Source: an uncultured cyanobacterium
Lineage (GTDB): Bacteria > Cyanobacteriota > Cyanobacteriia > Cyanobacteriales > Cyanobacteriaceae
Direction of reading: 5' to 3'
NCBI GenBank assembly: GCA_963749915.1
Contig: CAVVOP010000005.1
Span: forward strand, 288,001-352,000
DNA: 64,000 nt
A program made the translations under genes and the position numbers. Shown here piece after piece: positions 10,587 through 22,352 of this stretch. Below the pieces are notes generated by a model, which worked only from the letters and a program-made list of their open reading frames with translations, was not told the DNA's origin and made no database searches. The stretch's first letter is position 1; the number at the start of each line of letters is the position of its first letter.

Positions 10587-11240
10587 ATGGATAAAAAAAA
10601 AGCCATTGTTTTATTCTCAGGAGGTTTAGATTCTGCTACCAGTGCGGCCATCGCCATTCAAGCAGGATACGATACCATCGCTTTATCATTTCGCTATGGA
10701 CAAAAACACGCCAAAGAATTGGAAGCCGCTCAAAAATTAGCTCCAAAATTAGGCATAAAAGAGCACTATATTATCGATGTTAATCTCTCATTATGGGGGG
10801 GATCATCCTTAACGGATCAAAATCTGAACATCCCCGAAGATGGTGTTAAACCTGATCAAATTCCCTCTACTTATGTCCCCGGTAGAAATACAGTTTTTAT
10901 TGCCATCGCCCTTTCTTTGGCGGAAGCCAAGGAAGCCGAGGCTATTTATTTAGGCATCAATGCGGTGGATTATTCCGGCTATCCTGATTGTAGACCCGAA
11001 TATTTAAAAACCTTTCAAGAATTAGCTAATCTATCATCAAAAGTCGGTATTGAAGGAAAACCCCCTCAATTAATCGCCCCTTTAATCGAATTATCTAAAG
11101 AAGACATCGTTAGAAAAGCTATTAGTTTAAATGTACCCATAGAAGAAACATGGTCATGTTATCGGGGAGGAGAAAAACCCTGCGGAGTTTGTGATTCCTG
11201 CCGTATCCGTAACGAGGCGTTAATAAAAACCGGTTATTGA
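10587..11240 (+). CDS. queC: 7-cyano-7-deazaguanine synthase
   Basis: [26 protein letters not shown]. Confidence 0.97.
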   Translation: MDKKKAIVLFSGGLDSATSAAIAIQAGYDTIALSFRYGQKHAKELEAAQKLAPKLGIKEHYIIDVNLSLWGGSSLTDQNLNIPEDGVKPDQIPSTYVPGRNTVFIAIALSLAEAKEAEAIYLGINAVDYSGYPDCRPEYLKTFQELANLSSKVGIEGKPPQLIAPLIELSKEDIVRKAISLNVPIEETWSCYRGGEKPCGVCDSCRIRNEALIKTGY

Positions 11241-11326
11241 TTATTTTCTGAATAAAATTCAATGTGGAATTAGAATCGATCGAGTCCATAGGTAAAAATA
11301 AGAATTATAATTTATTTAAGTAGTTT

Positions 11327-12592
11327 TTATACTGAAACTCTGATAATATTCGTTACGATTTCGCCTATTTTGATACTGGCACCAGATAAGCCTCTTACTT
11401 GACTCAAATTCTTTTTTATTTGCTCTAATTTGTCTCGATTTCGTAATAATTCTAAGGTGAAATTACCTACGTCTTCTACTGTTAAATAACCGATTAATTC
11501 GGGTACTATTTCCTGTTTTCCCCAAATATTAGGCCAGGCATATAATTTCTTATTTTTAACGGAGTACTGCACCACTATCCAATTAATTAATTTAGCGAAA
11601 CCATCTCCTATTATGGGTAAATTAGCCAGTACTCCGAGTAAGCCATCCCATGACTTCATCGCCTCTAATTGATAGATAGGAAGTAAAACAATCATCGGTA
11701 TTGCTAACGCACCTAATTGAGCAGTATTTGCTCCTACAGTTGTCAAACAAAGATCACATTTTATTAATTCTTCATAACAAGGAAATTCGGTGATTAATTT
11801 AATGTTTGTTCCTCCTGATGTCTCTAAATAAAATTGATTTTTTTTGGTGATTAATTCTCCTGTGACTCCCCCTAAATCGCTAATTAAAGGGTTATTTTTT
11901 TTATTACCATAACTGGCTAAATTTTCAGGAGAGATTGTAGGGGCAACAGGTATAATAAATTCTATATTAGGCTGTTTTTGAACAATATATTCTGCGATCG
12001 CCATCAAAAAAGGGACACCTTGAGTTAATTTACTTTCTTTTGATCCAGGTAATAATCCAACGTTTAAAGTAGTTTTATTATCGCTATTCTGTGCTTGATT
12101 TAAGACATTTATGTCTGCCATTAAATCTCCAACAACAGTACATTTGTTTTGAAATTTAGTAGGTATTTTATCAATAGCAGATTGAGTCATAACGACAAAA
12201 TAATCAATATATCGATACCAACGAGCTTCCCATTCTGCATAAATTAAACTCTGATAACCTAATCTTTTCGCAATCACCAAAGTAAAAAATTGATCACCAC
12301 CTAAAAATATTACTAACCCTTGAGAATACCAATTCCAATTATCTTTTGTTTTACCTGATAATAAAAAAGCTGAAAAATCTTCCGCCGATTGAATACGATT
12401 AATTTCCTGCCATTGACTAGCAATTTTAACTTCATTGCCTGTAGCGTGAGGACAAGGGGATAAAATCAATGAAATACGAACTTTATCTTGAGGGATGGTT
12501 AAATTTGCTCGAATTTGTTTAACAACAGGTAAAACCCATGTGGTAATTTCTCCTGGCCCATTAGATAATATTACGATGTCAAAATTGTTCAT
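11327..12592 (-). CDS. LpxB-like glycosyltransferase
   Basis: SNGPGE, GLLPGSK, TTVGANTAQL. Confidence 0.75.
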   Translation of the reverse strand: MNNFDIVILSNGPGEITTWVLPVVKQIRANLTIPQDKVRISLILSPCPHATGNEVKIASQWQEINRIQSAEDFSAFLLSGKTKDNWNWYSQGLVIFLGGDQFFTLVIAKRLGYQSLIYAEWEARWYRYIDYFVVMTQSAIDKIPTKFQNKCTVVGDLMADINVLNQAQNSDNKTTLNVGLLPGSKESKLTQGVPFLMAIAEYIVQKQPNIEFIIPVAPTISPENLASYGNKKNNPLISDLGGVTGELITKKNQFYLETSGGTNIKLITEFPCYEELIKCDLCLTTVGANTAQLGALAIPMIVLLPIYQLEAMKSWDGLLGVLANLPIIGDGFAKLINWIVVQYSVKNKKLYAWPNIWGKQEIVPELIGYLTVEDVGNFTLELLRNRDKLEQIKKNLSQVRGLSGASIKIGEIVTNIIRVSV

Positions 12593-12770
12593 TGTTTTTC
12601 AAATGGAAATAATGGGAATATTTCAACTCAGGCGATCGCAATGTTAACTTAGATTAAACAAAAAAACAAAGTAATGAGGGATAGCAGGATTCTCCCAAAT
12701 CCAAAATTATCCTCACAACTCCCTCAGAACTATCTTGACAGACCACTACTTTCCCCTCTTGTATTGCCTG

Positions 12771-14927
12771 CTAAATTTGGGATTCTTGACGGGCGATTTC
12801 TGCTTGTTCAGGATGGATGCCTAAACGGGTCAAATTTAAACGTCCTTTTTGGTCAAAGCCACGAATTTTTACCACAATTTCATCACCGATGGTAACTTCA
12901 TCTTCTACTTTACCGACACGGTGTTCAGCTAATTGAGAAATGTGAATCATGCCTTCTTTTCCTGGTAACACCTCCACAAATGCTCCAATATCGATGATAC
13001 GGGTAACACGACCTAAATATACATCCCCCTCGTTAAGTTTACGAGTCATGGTTTGAATAATGCGTTTAGCCTCTTGTGCCCGTTCTGCCTGTACTGCACA
13101 AATAGTTACAGTGCCATCATCGCTAATATCGATTTTTGAGCCTGTTTGTTCGGTGATACCTTTGATGGTTTTACCTCCGGGTCCGATGACTAAACCAATC
13201 ATATCAGGATCAATTTTCATGGTCATCAAACGAGGTGCATAGGGTGATAATTCTTTACGAGGGGCGTTGATAGTTTTCATCATTTCCCCTAAGATATATA
13301 GACGGGCTTCTCTGGCTTGTTTTACCGCATCAGCGATGGTTCCCATTTTTAAACCTGTAATTTTCATATCCATTTGTAAAGCCGTAATACCGTTGTCAGT
13401 ACCAGCTACCTTGAAATCCATATCCCCTAAGAAGTCTTCAATGCCCTGAATATCCGTTAAGATACGCACCTCCTCTCCTTCTTTAATTAAACCCATAGCC
13501 GCACCACTCACAGGCTTGGTAATGGGTACTCCTGCATCCATTAAGGCCAAGGTTGAACCACAGACCGAACCCATAGAGGTTGAACCGTTGGAAGATAGTA
13601 CTTCAGAAACAACTCTAATTACATAAGGAAAATCTTCTTGAGGAGGTAAGACAGGGGTAATAGCCCTTTCTGCCAAAGCCCCATGACCGATTTCCCGTCT
13701 TCCAGGGGGGCGTAGAGGTTTGGTTTCACCTACAGAATAAGGGGGGAAATTATAGTGGTGTAGATAACGTTTTTCAAAGTCAGGGTGTAAATCGTCTGCT
13801 AAATCTTGGGCATCTCCCGATGTGCCCAAAGTCGCGATGGAAAGTACTTGAGTTAAACCCCGTTGGAATAAACCGCTACCGTGTACCCTCGCAGGTAATA
13901 AACCCACACGGGATTGAATAGGGCGCACTTGATCTAATTTGCGTCCATCTACTCGCACACCATCTTCTATAATTTGACGACGCATGAGTTTTTTGGTCAA
14001 CTGTTTAAATAAATTAGGGACAAGTTTGACATTTTCGGCAACGGCGATTTTAATTTCATCCTCATCGGGTAAAGCGTTAATAGCTTCTAGCACAAAAGTA
14101 GCTTGAATATTATCTAACGCCTCATCTCTGGCACTTTTATCAAAATCAAACTGAGAAAGAACTTTTTTAATTTCCTCTGTGGCTTTTTCGCCAATAAAAT
14201 TAACCACCGCGGGATTATCTTCCTCTTTATTTTCGACTTTGATTTCAATACCCAATTCTTGGATAAGATCTTTTTGAGCTTGGATTAACTCTAATATGGC
14301 CTCATAACCAAATTCGATCGCCTCAATAATATCTTGTTCTGGTAACTGATTCGCCCCAGCTTCTACCATGACAATGCCATCAGGAGTACCCGCTACCACT
14401 AAATCAAGATCGCCGTTTTCGATTTCTCGGAAAGTAGGGTTAATTATAAACTCGTCATTAACTAATCCAACCCTTACCGCCGCCATGGGGCCACAAAAAG
14501 GGATTTGAGCCACTAAAGTAGCGATGGATGCACCGGTAACTGCTAACACGTCAGGGGGTACTTCTTCATCCATCGATAAAGTAGTAGCCACAACCTGTAA
14601 ATCATCTCTTAACCATGAGGGAAAAAGAGGACGTAAAGGACGATCGATCAAACGACTGGTAAGAGTCGCCCTTTCCGGAGGTCTCCCTTCTCGGCGTAAA
14701 AATCCCCCCGGAATACGTCCTGCGGCATACAATCTTTCTTCATAATCAACAGTTAGAGGTAAAAAATCGATCCCTTCTCTGCCTTTTGTGCGGGTTGCAG
14801 TTACGAAAACTGCGGTTTCACCTGCTTGAATTAACACCGATCCTCCGGCTTGAGGTGCTAATAATCCCACTTTAATTTTTATATCTCTTCCTTCAAAAAA
14901 AGAAATTGACTTATTATATTCTTCCAT
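12771..14927 (-). CDS. pnp: Polyribonucleotide nucleotidyltransferase
   Basis: Two RNase PH domains, RREIGHG, KH, S1. Confidence 0.99.
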   Translation of the reverse strand: MEEYNKSISFFEGRDIKIKVGLLAPQAGGSVLIQAGETAVFVTATRTKGREGIDFLPLTVDYEERLYAAGRIPGGFLRREGRPPERATLTSRLIDRPLRPLFPSWLRDDLQVVATTLSMDEEVPPDVLAVTGASIATLVAQIPFCGPMAAVRVGLVNDEFIINPTFREIENGDLDLVVAGTPDGIVMVEAGANQLPEQDIIEAIEFGYEAILELIQAQKDLIQELGIEIKVENKEEDNPAVVNFIGEKATEEIKKVLSQFDFDKSARDEALDNIQATFVLEAINALPDEDEIKIAVAENVKLVPNLFKQLTKKLMRRQIIEDGVRVDGRKLDQVRPIQSRVGLLPARVHGSGLFQRGLTQVLSIATLGTSGDAQDLADDLHPDFEKRYLHHYNFPPYSVGETKPLRPPGRREIGHGALAERAITPVLPPQEDFPYVIRVVSEVLSSNGSTSMGSVCGSTLALMDAGVPITKPVSGAAMGLIKEGEEVRILTDIQGIEDFLGDMDFKVAGTDNGITALQMDMKITGLKMGTIADAVKQAREARLYILGEMMKTINAPRKELSPYAPRLMTMKIDPDMIGLVIGPGGKTIKGITEQTGSKIDISDDGTVTICAVQAERAQEAKRIIQTMTRKLNEGDVYLGRVTRIIDIGAFVEVLPGKEGMIHISQLAEHRVGKVEDEVTIGDEIVVKIRGFDQKGRLNLTRLGIHPEQAEIARQESQI

Positions 14928-15039
14928 TCAACTTTTTTCCTTATTCTTCGCTTTTCTCTATGCACTCTGTAATCGTAACATTTTTCAGTAATTAGCAATT
15001 AGCAATTGATCATGAAAAAAGGGAATAGGGAATATTTTA

Positions 15040-15321
15040 TTAAGCATCAGAAAGTAGTTTTTGACAAATATCTTTAACTCTTATCCTTTCAATATAAGGC
15101 CAGCCGCCTACTTCCTCTATGTGTTTTAATAACAAATAAAGTCGGTGACGAGTATCGGGTAAATTCGGTTCAAACATTTCTTGTCGGATATTCCGGTGAA
15201 GCAATTCTAATTCCCTGAGAATCAAAAGCACATCGAAAATATTATCTTGGGATTTTTCTGCTAGATTCCCAATTTCATTGACTAACTTTTTGAGTTCACT
15301 TTCAATGGCACTGCTATTCAT
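15040..15321 (-). CDS. Conserved hypothetical protein
   Basis: GGWPYIERIR; clean ORF. Confidence 0.75.
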   Translation of the reverse strand: MNSSAIESELKKLVNEIGNLAEKSQDNIFDVLLILRELELLHRNIRQEMFEPNLPDTRHRLYLLLKHIEEVGGWPYIERIRVKDICQKLLSDA

Positions 15322-15413
15322 GAATCTTAAAATTACCTATCCAGAAATTAATGATAGTTGATTATTATTATTTTTGCTACAACCACCAAGTTATTTATTA
15401 TTAGTGAAATATA

Positions 15414-16259
15414 TTAAATAAACTCTTGTAAGCCTAAAAATAAACAAGTCAATAATAAAACTCCCAAACCAGCAATACTACCCAAAGGCTGATCTTTTTT
15501 CCCGATCAACCAACCTTTTCCAGCGGGATTATAGCTATAGATGTTGAATGTATCGACACAAGCCAAAACAAACACCCAACCACCATGTAATCCGATGGCT
15601 AATCCTAAACTACCATTATCCATGATACGGGCGTAAAAAAGAACTATGCCCATGAAAAATAATCCGGGTAACTGAGGGAATGTGTTTTTTTGTTCCCAAA
15701 TTAAATGTAATAAAGCAAAAATGAAACTCGAAATAATCGCTGTCAGCCAAATATTAAAATCTTCTTGTAAAAAGTTAACGAATATGCCTCGAAAAATTAA
15801 CTCCTCAATGGAAGCAACAAAAAAACTTACCCATAGGAGTAAAGGTAAATTAGGCCAGATATTCGGGGTAGAGTCATCTTGATTATTTAACTCTAACCAA
15901 CCCATCACCAATTCTAGAGCATCAATGAGAAAGGTGCTTATAATGCCCAAACCATAGCCAAATAGGATAGACTTAAAAAGACTAGCTTGAAAAATCAATC
16001 CTATTTTTTCTAATGAGGTTTGCCCTACTGTTATCATCGCCCAAGTTAAAACAGGGGCTAAGGAATAGAGGGAAATAATAAAAGTTAGTTTTTGAGTGTT
16101 GGAAATTGGTGCGGCTATTTGCCATTTAACTAACCTTGCGAGGGGAATTGCCATGGGAACCCAGATAACCGCCCATATTATCAAAAATAAAATAATTTTT
16201 ATAATTGAATTAAATTGATTAAATAGGATAATTACCGAGTCACCTTCGAAATTTAGCAT
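15414..16259 (-). CDS. CPBP intramembrane metalloprotease
   Basis: EELIFRG, FALLH, AIGLHGGW. Confidence 0.9.
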   Translation of the reverse strand: MLNFEGDSVIILFNQFNSIIKIILFLIIWAVIWVPMAIPLARLVKWQIAAPISNTQKLTFIISLYSLAPVLTWAMITVGQTSLEKIGLIFQASLFKSILFGYGLGIISTFLIDALELVMGWLELNNQDDSTPNIWPNLPLLLWVSFFVASIEELIFRGIFVNFLQEDFNIWLTAIISSFIFALLHLIWEQKNTFPQLPGLFFMGIVLFYARIMDNGSLGLAIGLHGGWVFVLACVDTFNIYSYNPAGKGWLIGKKDQPLGSIAGLGVLLLTCLFLGLQEFI

Positions 16260-16363
16260 TTTTATCTACAAGGTTAATTATTTTGAGAAACAGTCGTTTT
16301 CTGAAATAGTTGTACAGAATAAAGTTTTTGATTCTCCATATTGATCAATCTCAATATTAATAA

Positions 16364-16756
16364 TTAATCTTCATCAAATTCAATGCCATCTGCGTCAACT
16401 TGTTTTAGATGAATATGTTTATAGCCTAATTTAATTTCAAATTCGTCACCGGGTTGTAATCCCATTTTTTGAGTATAACTAGAACCAATGACAATTTGAC
16501 CATTTTTGTGAACACTAACTCGGAAAGTTGCTTCTCGACCACGGCCATCTTTTGCTCTTTCAGGATCAAGAGGAACACCTTTTGCCGCCAAGACTGCATC
16601 ATAAAAAGCTGTCAAATTTACTCGCTCTTTATCGTTTTTTCCTAAAGTATAATAACCACAGGCTTTAGCTCGTTGACGACGAGGAATGTCCGACAACTCT
16701 TTAACTTTTTGTAATAAGGCTTTTCCGGATAAAGGAGTAGGTACTGATTCATTCAT
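16364..16756 (-). CDS. Cyanobacterial AbrB-like regulator
   Basis: AKACGYY, RVSVHKNGQIVIG, PGDEFEIKLGYKHIHL. Confidence 0.93.
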   Translation of the reverse strand: MNESVPTPLSGKALLQKVKELSDIPRRQRAKACGYYTLGKNDKERVNLTAFYDAVLAAKGVPLDPERAKDGRGREATFRVSVHKNGQIVIGSSYTQKMGLQPGDEFEIKLGYKHIHLKQVDADGIEFDED

Positions 16757-17078
16757 ATCAATTTGTTTCCCGTTTCGTACTTTATTTCTTACAATAATTT
16801 ATGATAACAAAAAATGATCATTAAATCATCATTTAAAAACTTTTTTTTTGAAAATTATTATTAATTTACTCCCCCAAGAGAGGGGTTTTATCTACATAGC
16901 TCAGAAAAAAAATAGTTGAGCATTATTATTTTTAAGCTCTGATAGTTAAGTAATGGTATAAATATAAAATAAGTAAGTAATTTAGCCAATTTTACAAAAC
17001 TTAAGGAAAACGCCCTTGTCAGTTATAAATTAACACAAGACAATAGAAATAACTTGATAAATAATTTACAGAATTGAG

Positions 17079-18059
17079 ATGAAAGTTACTTTTAAAATTC
17101 TCCGTCAAAAGCCGAATTTTACTCCAAAATTCCAAAACTACACTTTAGATGTTAGTTCCACTAATACTATTTTAGAATGTTTAAATCAGATAAAATGGGA
17201 GTTGGACGGAAGTTTAACCTTCCGTAAAAATTGCCGCAATACCATCTGTGGAAGTTGTGCCATGAGAATTAATGGTCGTTCGGCTTTAGCTTGTAAAGAA
17301 AATATTGCTGGAGAATTGAAAAATATTGATCCCTCCCTAGAGGAAGATAGTCCGGAAATTATTATTTCTCCTCTTCGTAATTTGCCTGTTATTAAAGATT
17401 TAGTAGTAGATATGACTAATTTTTGGCAAGATTTAGAAACTATTGAACCCTATATCAGTACTAGCAGTAGAAATATCCCCGAAAAAGAGTTTTTACAAAC
17501 CCCTGAACAACGGAAATTATTGGAACAAACTGGCAATTGCATCATGTGTGGTGCTTGTTATTCTGAATGTAACGCTAAGGAGGTAAATTCCGATTTTGTA
17601 GGACCTCATGCTTTAGCAAAAAGTTATCGTTTGCTGACAGATTCCCGTGATAGTGACGCCGAAAATCGACTAGAAAAATATGACAATCAAAATAGCGGTG
17701 TTTGGGGTTGTACTCGTTGTTATTTATGCAATGAAGTTTGTCCCATGGACGTTGCACCACTAGATCAAATTAGTAAAATTAAAGGGGAAATTTTAGCTAA
17801 AAAAGATCTCAATTCTAGTCGCCCAATTCGTCATCGGAAAGTCTTGATTGATTTAGTTAAAAATGAAGGGTGGATTGATGAGCGTAAATTTGGGGTGATG
17901 GTGGTGGGTAATTATTTTCGGGATGTGCAAGGTTTATTAAGTATTGCACCTTTGGGATTCCGTTTGTTATGTTCTGGTAAATTCCCTTTTAATTTTGAGC
18001 CCTCGGAGGGAGTAAAGGAAGTGCGATCGCTAATTTCTGCGGTGCAAAACAATCATTAG
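17079..18059 (+). CDS. sdhB: Succinate dehydrogenase/fumarate reductase Fe-S subunit
   Basis: CRNTICGSC, CIMCGACYSEC, CTRCYLCNEVCP. Confidence 0.95.
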   Translation: MKVTFKILRQKPNFTPKFQNYTLDVSSTNTILECLNQIKWELDGSLTFRKNCRNTICGSCAMRINGRSALACKENIAGELKNIDPSLEEDSPEIIISPLRNLPVIKDLVVDMTNFWQDLETIEPYISTSSRNIPEKEFLQTPEQRKLLEQTGNCIMCGACYSECNAKEVNSDFVGPHALAKSYRLLTDSRDSDAENRLEKYDNQNSGVWGCTRCYLCNEVCPMDVAPLDQISKIKGEILAKKDLNSSRPIRHRKVLIDLVKNEGWIDERKFGVMVVGNYFRDVQGLLSIAPLGFRLLCSGKFPFNFEPSEGVKEVRSLISAVQNNH

Positions 18060-18446
18060 TTAATGATTAATTTCTAATTGAAATAGATTTTCTATTTTTT
18101 GTAAATAAGGATCTCCCGCTAGATAACCAATACCACGATGGAGATGTAACCGGAATTGATTATTTAAAGTTTCAGGATCGGTACCAAATCCGTCTTGATG
18201 ACATCTATATTTTAATGCTAAGAGCAAAATATCACCCATGTCACCGCCGAAAACTTGCCAAGTCATTTCCACATTACTATCCGCCGGAATAGGATATGGT
18301 GCAGGGGGATTCTTTTCCGCTAGGGAACGACAAAATGCCCAACGACATAAAACATTCCAGTGTTCTATTTTTGTAATTCTTTTTAGTTTTATGAGTTGAT
18401 CTTTGGCTTTTTTGGAAAGTTTAATTCTTTCTATGGGCGATCGCAT
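18060..18446 (-). CDS. dndE: DNA sulfur modification protein DndE
   Basis: WNVLCRWAFCRSLAE, EMTWQVFGG, FRLHLHRGIGYL. Confidence 0.9.
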   Translation of the reverse strand: MRSPIERIKLSKKAKDQLIKLKRITKIEHWNVLCRWAFCRSLAEKNPPAPYPIPADSNVEMTWQVFGGDMGDILLLALKYRCHQDGFGTDPETLNNQFRLHLHRGIGYLAGDPYLQKIENLFQLEINH

Positions 18447-18450
18447 ATTA

Positions 18451-18915
18451 TTACTCATTACTAATTGAGAATTGTCGTAAAGATTCAAATAAAACTACCG
18501 AGACACTCACGGATAAATTTAAACTGCGTACATGGGGACTAACCATCTTAATAAAACAAGTTAAATCGCACTGTTGCAAAACTTCCAGAGGCAAACCATC
18601 AGTTTCACTACCAAATAAAAGCCAGTCATCAGGTTTGAATTCACATTGGAGATAATTTTTCGCCCCCCTGACACTCAGGCCAATTAATCTTCCACCTTTT
18701 TCTCTGGCGGACTTAATAAAATCTTCTGGACATTGATGATAGGTTAATTGAACATGAGGCCAATAGTCTAAACCAGCCCTTTTTAAATAACGATCACTAA
18801 TTTCAAACCCCAAAGGGGCAACTAAATGTAATTCTGTTTCCGTCGCGGCACAAGTTCTAGCAATATTGCCAGTATTGGGAGGAATTTGAGGATGAACTAA
18901 TACAATTTTTGGCAT
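18451..18915 (-). CDS. trmL: tRNA (cytidine(34)-2'-O)-methyltransferase
   Basis: PQIPPNTGNIARTC, RAGLDYW, RSLNLS. Confidence 0.95.
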   Translation of the reverse strand: MPKIVLVHPQIPPNTGNIARTCAATETELHLVAPLGFEISDRYLKRAGLDYWPHVQLTYHQCPEDFIKSAREKGGRLIGLSVRGAKNYLQCEFKPDDWLLFGSETDGLPLEVLQQCDLTCFIKMVSPHVRSLNLSVSVSVVLFESLRQFSISNE

Positions 18916-18953
18916 GGTTAATAATTAACAATAATTTTCTCACCACCTGATTT

Positions 18954-19964
18954 TCAAAAGTATGTCTTTTCTTCATTATTAATGTTTTTTTCCCATTTAC
19001 GGGGTTGACTAGTGCGGCGAATATTACGCCAAATTTGAGTAGCGGCTAAAGTACCGTCGGCCACAGCGACCGATACTTGATTTAAACCTTTTTTCAAGTC
19101 TCCTAAAGCAAAGATGCGATGGTGACTAGTTTGTGCCATCTCGTTAGTAACAAGATTTTCGCCATCCCACTCTAAACCGTCAATACCTTTTAGGTAGTGG
19201 TTATAGTAAATTGAACCCATGTTAATTAAACCAGTAGTAGCTTCTACAAAAGTACCATCAACTAATTCCACTCCTTGCATTTTATGATCTTCTCCCAGAA
19301 AACGTGCGATGGCACTTTCATGTAAAGGATAACCGTGATCAGCCAATTTTTGCTTCATTTCATCGCCAACGGTACATAAACCATGAGTTAAAACGGTGAT
19401 GTAGGGAGTAAACCAGTTTAAAACGAAGGCGGCATTAATTTGAGACTCCTTACCAACAATTAACACCGCTTTTTGATCCCACATATCAAAACCATCGCAA
19501 ATCATGCACACATGGAGAGTATAACCAGCATAATCATAGACATTTTGCATGTCATTCAACTCCGGCAAAACATCCATGATACCCGAAGCGGCGATTAAAT
19601 ATTTAGTACGAAAAACGGGGTAAACACTGTCTTTTTTACCCACCTTCACCTTCACGGCAAAAGTTTCCCCCTCGTCGGTGACATCTTCTACATAACCCCG
19701 TAAATAATCTGCACCCCAGTCAATGGCTTGTTTTGTACCATGATTTAATATATCTCTTCCCGGTGCATTGGGATCAATACCTAAATAGTTACGAAGATCT
19801 TGCATCCATAGCGATCGCCCTTTACCTTTTTCAATTACCAAGCATTTTAAACCATAACGAGCTAGATAAATCGCTGCTGACAATCCCCCCATACCGCCAC
19901 CAACTACAATGGCATCATAAACGGTATCGAGACGGGTATCAATATTTTTGCTAGATAATTTCAT
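18954..19964 (-). CDS. Thioredoxin-reductase-like flavoprotein
   Basis: GGGMGG FAD motif, CMICDG, FALGD. Confidence 0.88.
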   Translation of the reverse strand: MKLSSKNIDTRLDTVYDAIVVGGGMGGLSAAIYLARYGLKCLVIEKGKGRSLWMQDLRNYLGIDPNAPGRDILNHGTKQAIDWGADYLRGYVEDVTDEGETFAVKVKVGKKDSVYPVFRTKYLIAASGIMDVLPELNDMQNVYDYAGYTLHVCMICDGFDMWDQKAVLIVGKESQINAAFVLNWFTPYITVLTHGLCTVGDEMKQKLADHGYPLHESAIARFLGEDHKMQGVELVDGTFVEATTGLINMGSIYYNHYLKGIDGLEWDGENLVTNEMAQTSHHRIFALGDLKKGLNQVSVAVADGTLAATQIWRNIRRTSQPRKWEKNINNEEKTYF

Positions 19965-20035
19965 GGATTTTCCCTCAATCAAGTTTTTTTGATCCCTAGA
20001 GTTTCTTTATTTTGAAAAGTAAAATTAAGTCAACC

Positions 20036-20059
20036 AAAAAGGGTGAAGGAATATCACCC
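20036..20059 (-). terminator. Intrinsic terminator after the peroxiredoxin gene
   Basis: GGGTGA-tattcct-TCACCC-TTTTT on minus strand. Confidence 0.6.
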
Positions 20060-20087
20060 TAAAACCGAAGATTTTTACCGATTAATA

Positions 20088-20657
20088 TTAACCCACAAAC
20101 TCTTTACGAGGTTTACAAACACCGGCAGGAGTTTCACCCTTTAGGTAAGCCAACATGGTGTCAGCATCAGATACTTCAAAAGGATCGGTAGGACAGTTGT
20201 CGGCAAAACCCGGTTCCACGAAGATTTTTTCGATCTTCATATCATTTACCAACATAGAATAGCGCCAAGATCTCGGGCCAAATCCGAGGTTACTTTTTTC
20301 GACCAACATCCCCATTTTACGCGTAAACTCGCCATTACCATCAGGTAATAAAAATACATTTTTAGCCCCGATTTCTTTACCCCATTTGAACATAACAAAA
20401 GCATCATTGACAGATACACAGATGATTTCATCAACACCGAGTGCTTTAAATTCTTCGTAAAGTTCCTCATAACGGGGAAGGTGATTAGAAGAACAAGTAG
20501 GGGTGAAGGCGCCTGGTAAAGAGAATACAACTGCTTTTTTCCCGCCAAAAATTTGCTCAGTGGTTTTGTCTTCCCAGCGGTAGGGATTAGGTTGTATGGA
20601 TTCATCACGGACACGGGTTTTGAATACTACGCTAGGGACTTTTTCGATAACAGCCAT
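20088..20657 (-). CDS. Type II peroxiredoxin
   Basis: [25 protein letters not shown]. Confidence 0.95.
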   Translation of the reverse strand: MAVIEKVPSVVFKTRVRDESIQPNPYRWEDKTTEQIFGGKKAVVFSLPGAFTPTCSSNHLPRYEELYEEFKALGVDEIICVSVNDAFVMFKWGKEIGAKNVFLLPDGNGEFTRKMGMLVEKSNLGFGPRSWRYSMLVNDMKIEKIFVEPGFADNCPTDPFEVSDADTMLAYLKGETPAGVCKPRKEFVG

Positions 20658-20853
20658 ATTTACCTCTACAATAATGATTAATAAAACTTTACACTTCGTT
20701 TAGGAAATCTTGAAGTATTTTTTTAGTTATATATCAGAATAACTCTTATTTAAGAATTTGTCAATAACAATAATTACTCGTTTTTGTTAACTTATAATTA
20801 GGGTTTTGATAGATTCAAACCCCATTGCACTGAAGATCAATTTCTATTTTGCC

Positions 20854-21267
20854 ATGCCAAAACAAGTCGATAAAATCATTCACACTCTCAAATCAAAAGG
20901 ATTAAGAATCACCCCTCAGCGTTTTGCGGTATATTCTAATTTACTAAATCGTAGCGATCATCCCACTGCCGAGCAGATTCTAAGGGATCTCAATCAAAAT
21001 GCACCAACTTTATCTCAGGCGACTATTTATCTTTCTCTGCAAACTCTCAGAGATGTAGATTTAATTCACGAAGTTTTACTAGAAGAGGGGGTTTGTCGTT
21101 ATGATGCGAACACGGACCCTCATCATCATTTCCTTTGTCAGTATTGTGGTCAAATTGAAGATATTCCTTGGGAGTCTTTTTCTAATCTTCCTTTAGATAA
21201 ATTGCGATCGGGCTTAAAAGTTGATAAATATGAAGTAATTGTACAGGGTAAATGCGATCAATGTTAA
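20854..21267 (+). CDS. perR: Fur-family peroxide regulator
   Basis: RITPQR, HPTAE, HHHFLCQYC, CDQC; divergent from Prx. Confidence 0.85.
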   Translation: MPKQVDKIIHTLKSKGLRITPQRFAVYSNLLNRSDHPTAEQILRDLNQNAPTLSQATIYLSLQTLRDVDLIHEVLLEEGVCRYDANTDPHHHFLCQYCGQIEDIPWESFSNLPLDKLRSGLKVDKYEVIVQGKCDQC

Positions 21268-21344
21268 ATTTAGTTCAGAGTTCGGATTTATTTCAGATCC
21301 CCCACTCATGGGGCTAAATCCTGAGTGCCATTCTCGAAAAAACA

Positions 21345-21727
21345 GAGAGTAAGGAGTAAGCCGGGTTCTGTTCCTCAAAATTCAGAGAATTAGAAGGGTA
21401 GTTATCTATCTAGGATGAATATTACTAATCACCTCAAGCGGTACACCAAAGACGGAATCGGGAAAAGATCAACCGTAATTCCTCCGACCTTGCTCCCCAC
21501 CGGGGTTTACCGAGCCAGTACCTCTCGATACTGCTGGTGTGCTCTTACCAACACCTTTGCACCCTTACCCTAAAACAAATAAATAGGGCGGTATTTTTCT
21601 GTGGCACTATCCTCACGCTCACGCGCACTGGGCGTTACCCAGCAAGTTTGATCTTTCGGGAGTCCGGACTTTCCTCAAACTAAACCTCATAGAAAAGATT
21701 TAGTTTGCAACTACCGCTCTTACTCTC
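21345..21727 (-). ncRNA. rnpB: RNase P RNA
   Basis: GAGGAAAGTCCGGACT and AACAGAACCCGGCTTA on minus strand; GAGAGTAA terminal helix. Confidence 0.97.
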
Positions 21728-21741
21728 TTTTCTTTAATATA

Positions 21742-22146
21742 TCATTTAATCTTATTATTAATCATTCCCTTAACCGTATCTATAAAACCTTGATGATCAA
21801 CTACAGGTTTAGAAATATAACCATCAGCACCACTTTCTGCCAAAAAACTATCTTTATCCCCTCGCATAGCGTGAGCAGTGACAAGAATAACGGGAATATT
21901 TTTAGTTTCCTCATCCCCTTTTAAAAGTTGGGTGATTTTAATACCATCTACCGCTTCTCCTTGATAAAAACTATTGGCCAGGGAAACATCCATTAAAATT
22001 ACTGTAGCATTTCCTGACTTCGCGATCGCCATGACCTCATCAACATTTTCTGTGCCTTTCACCTCAAACCCTCCCCTTTTAGTAAGAATTTTGGCAAAAA
22101 CCTTCATATTAATAGGATCATCTTCTACAATTAAAACCGTGTTCAT
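21742..22146 (-). CDS. Single-domain response regulator
   Basis: VEDD, ILMD, VTAH, SKP. Confidence 0.92.
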   Translation of the reverse strand: MNTVLIVEDDPINMKVFAKILTKRGGFEVKGTENVDEVMAIAKSGNATVILMDVSLANSFYQGEAVDGIKITQLLKGDEETKNIPVILVTAHAMRGDKDSFLAESGADGYISKPVVDHQGFIDTVKGMINNKIK

Positions 22147-22352
22147 GAACTATGACTCAGATATATTTTCTGATTATGTTTAATAGATTGAAAAAAATCT
22201 AATAATTAGGATGAGGATAATTTTTTACCCCCAATAATATTTTAAGCTGTTTTTGTTCTTGGGGTGATAATTCCCAAGGATCATCAATTTTCTCTCCTAT
22301 TATTGAGATTCGTTTTGTATCGGTTAGAAAGACTTTTTTATCAAGGCGAGTC

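Noticed and set aside
10587..11240. queC as part of a DNA-modification defence system or the RiPP cluster
   Set aside because: Canonical QueC, divergent from the cluster, no dpd/qat partners; queA in the window supports tRNA queuosine synthesis
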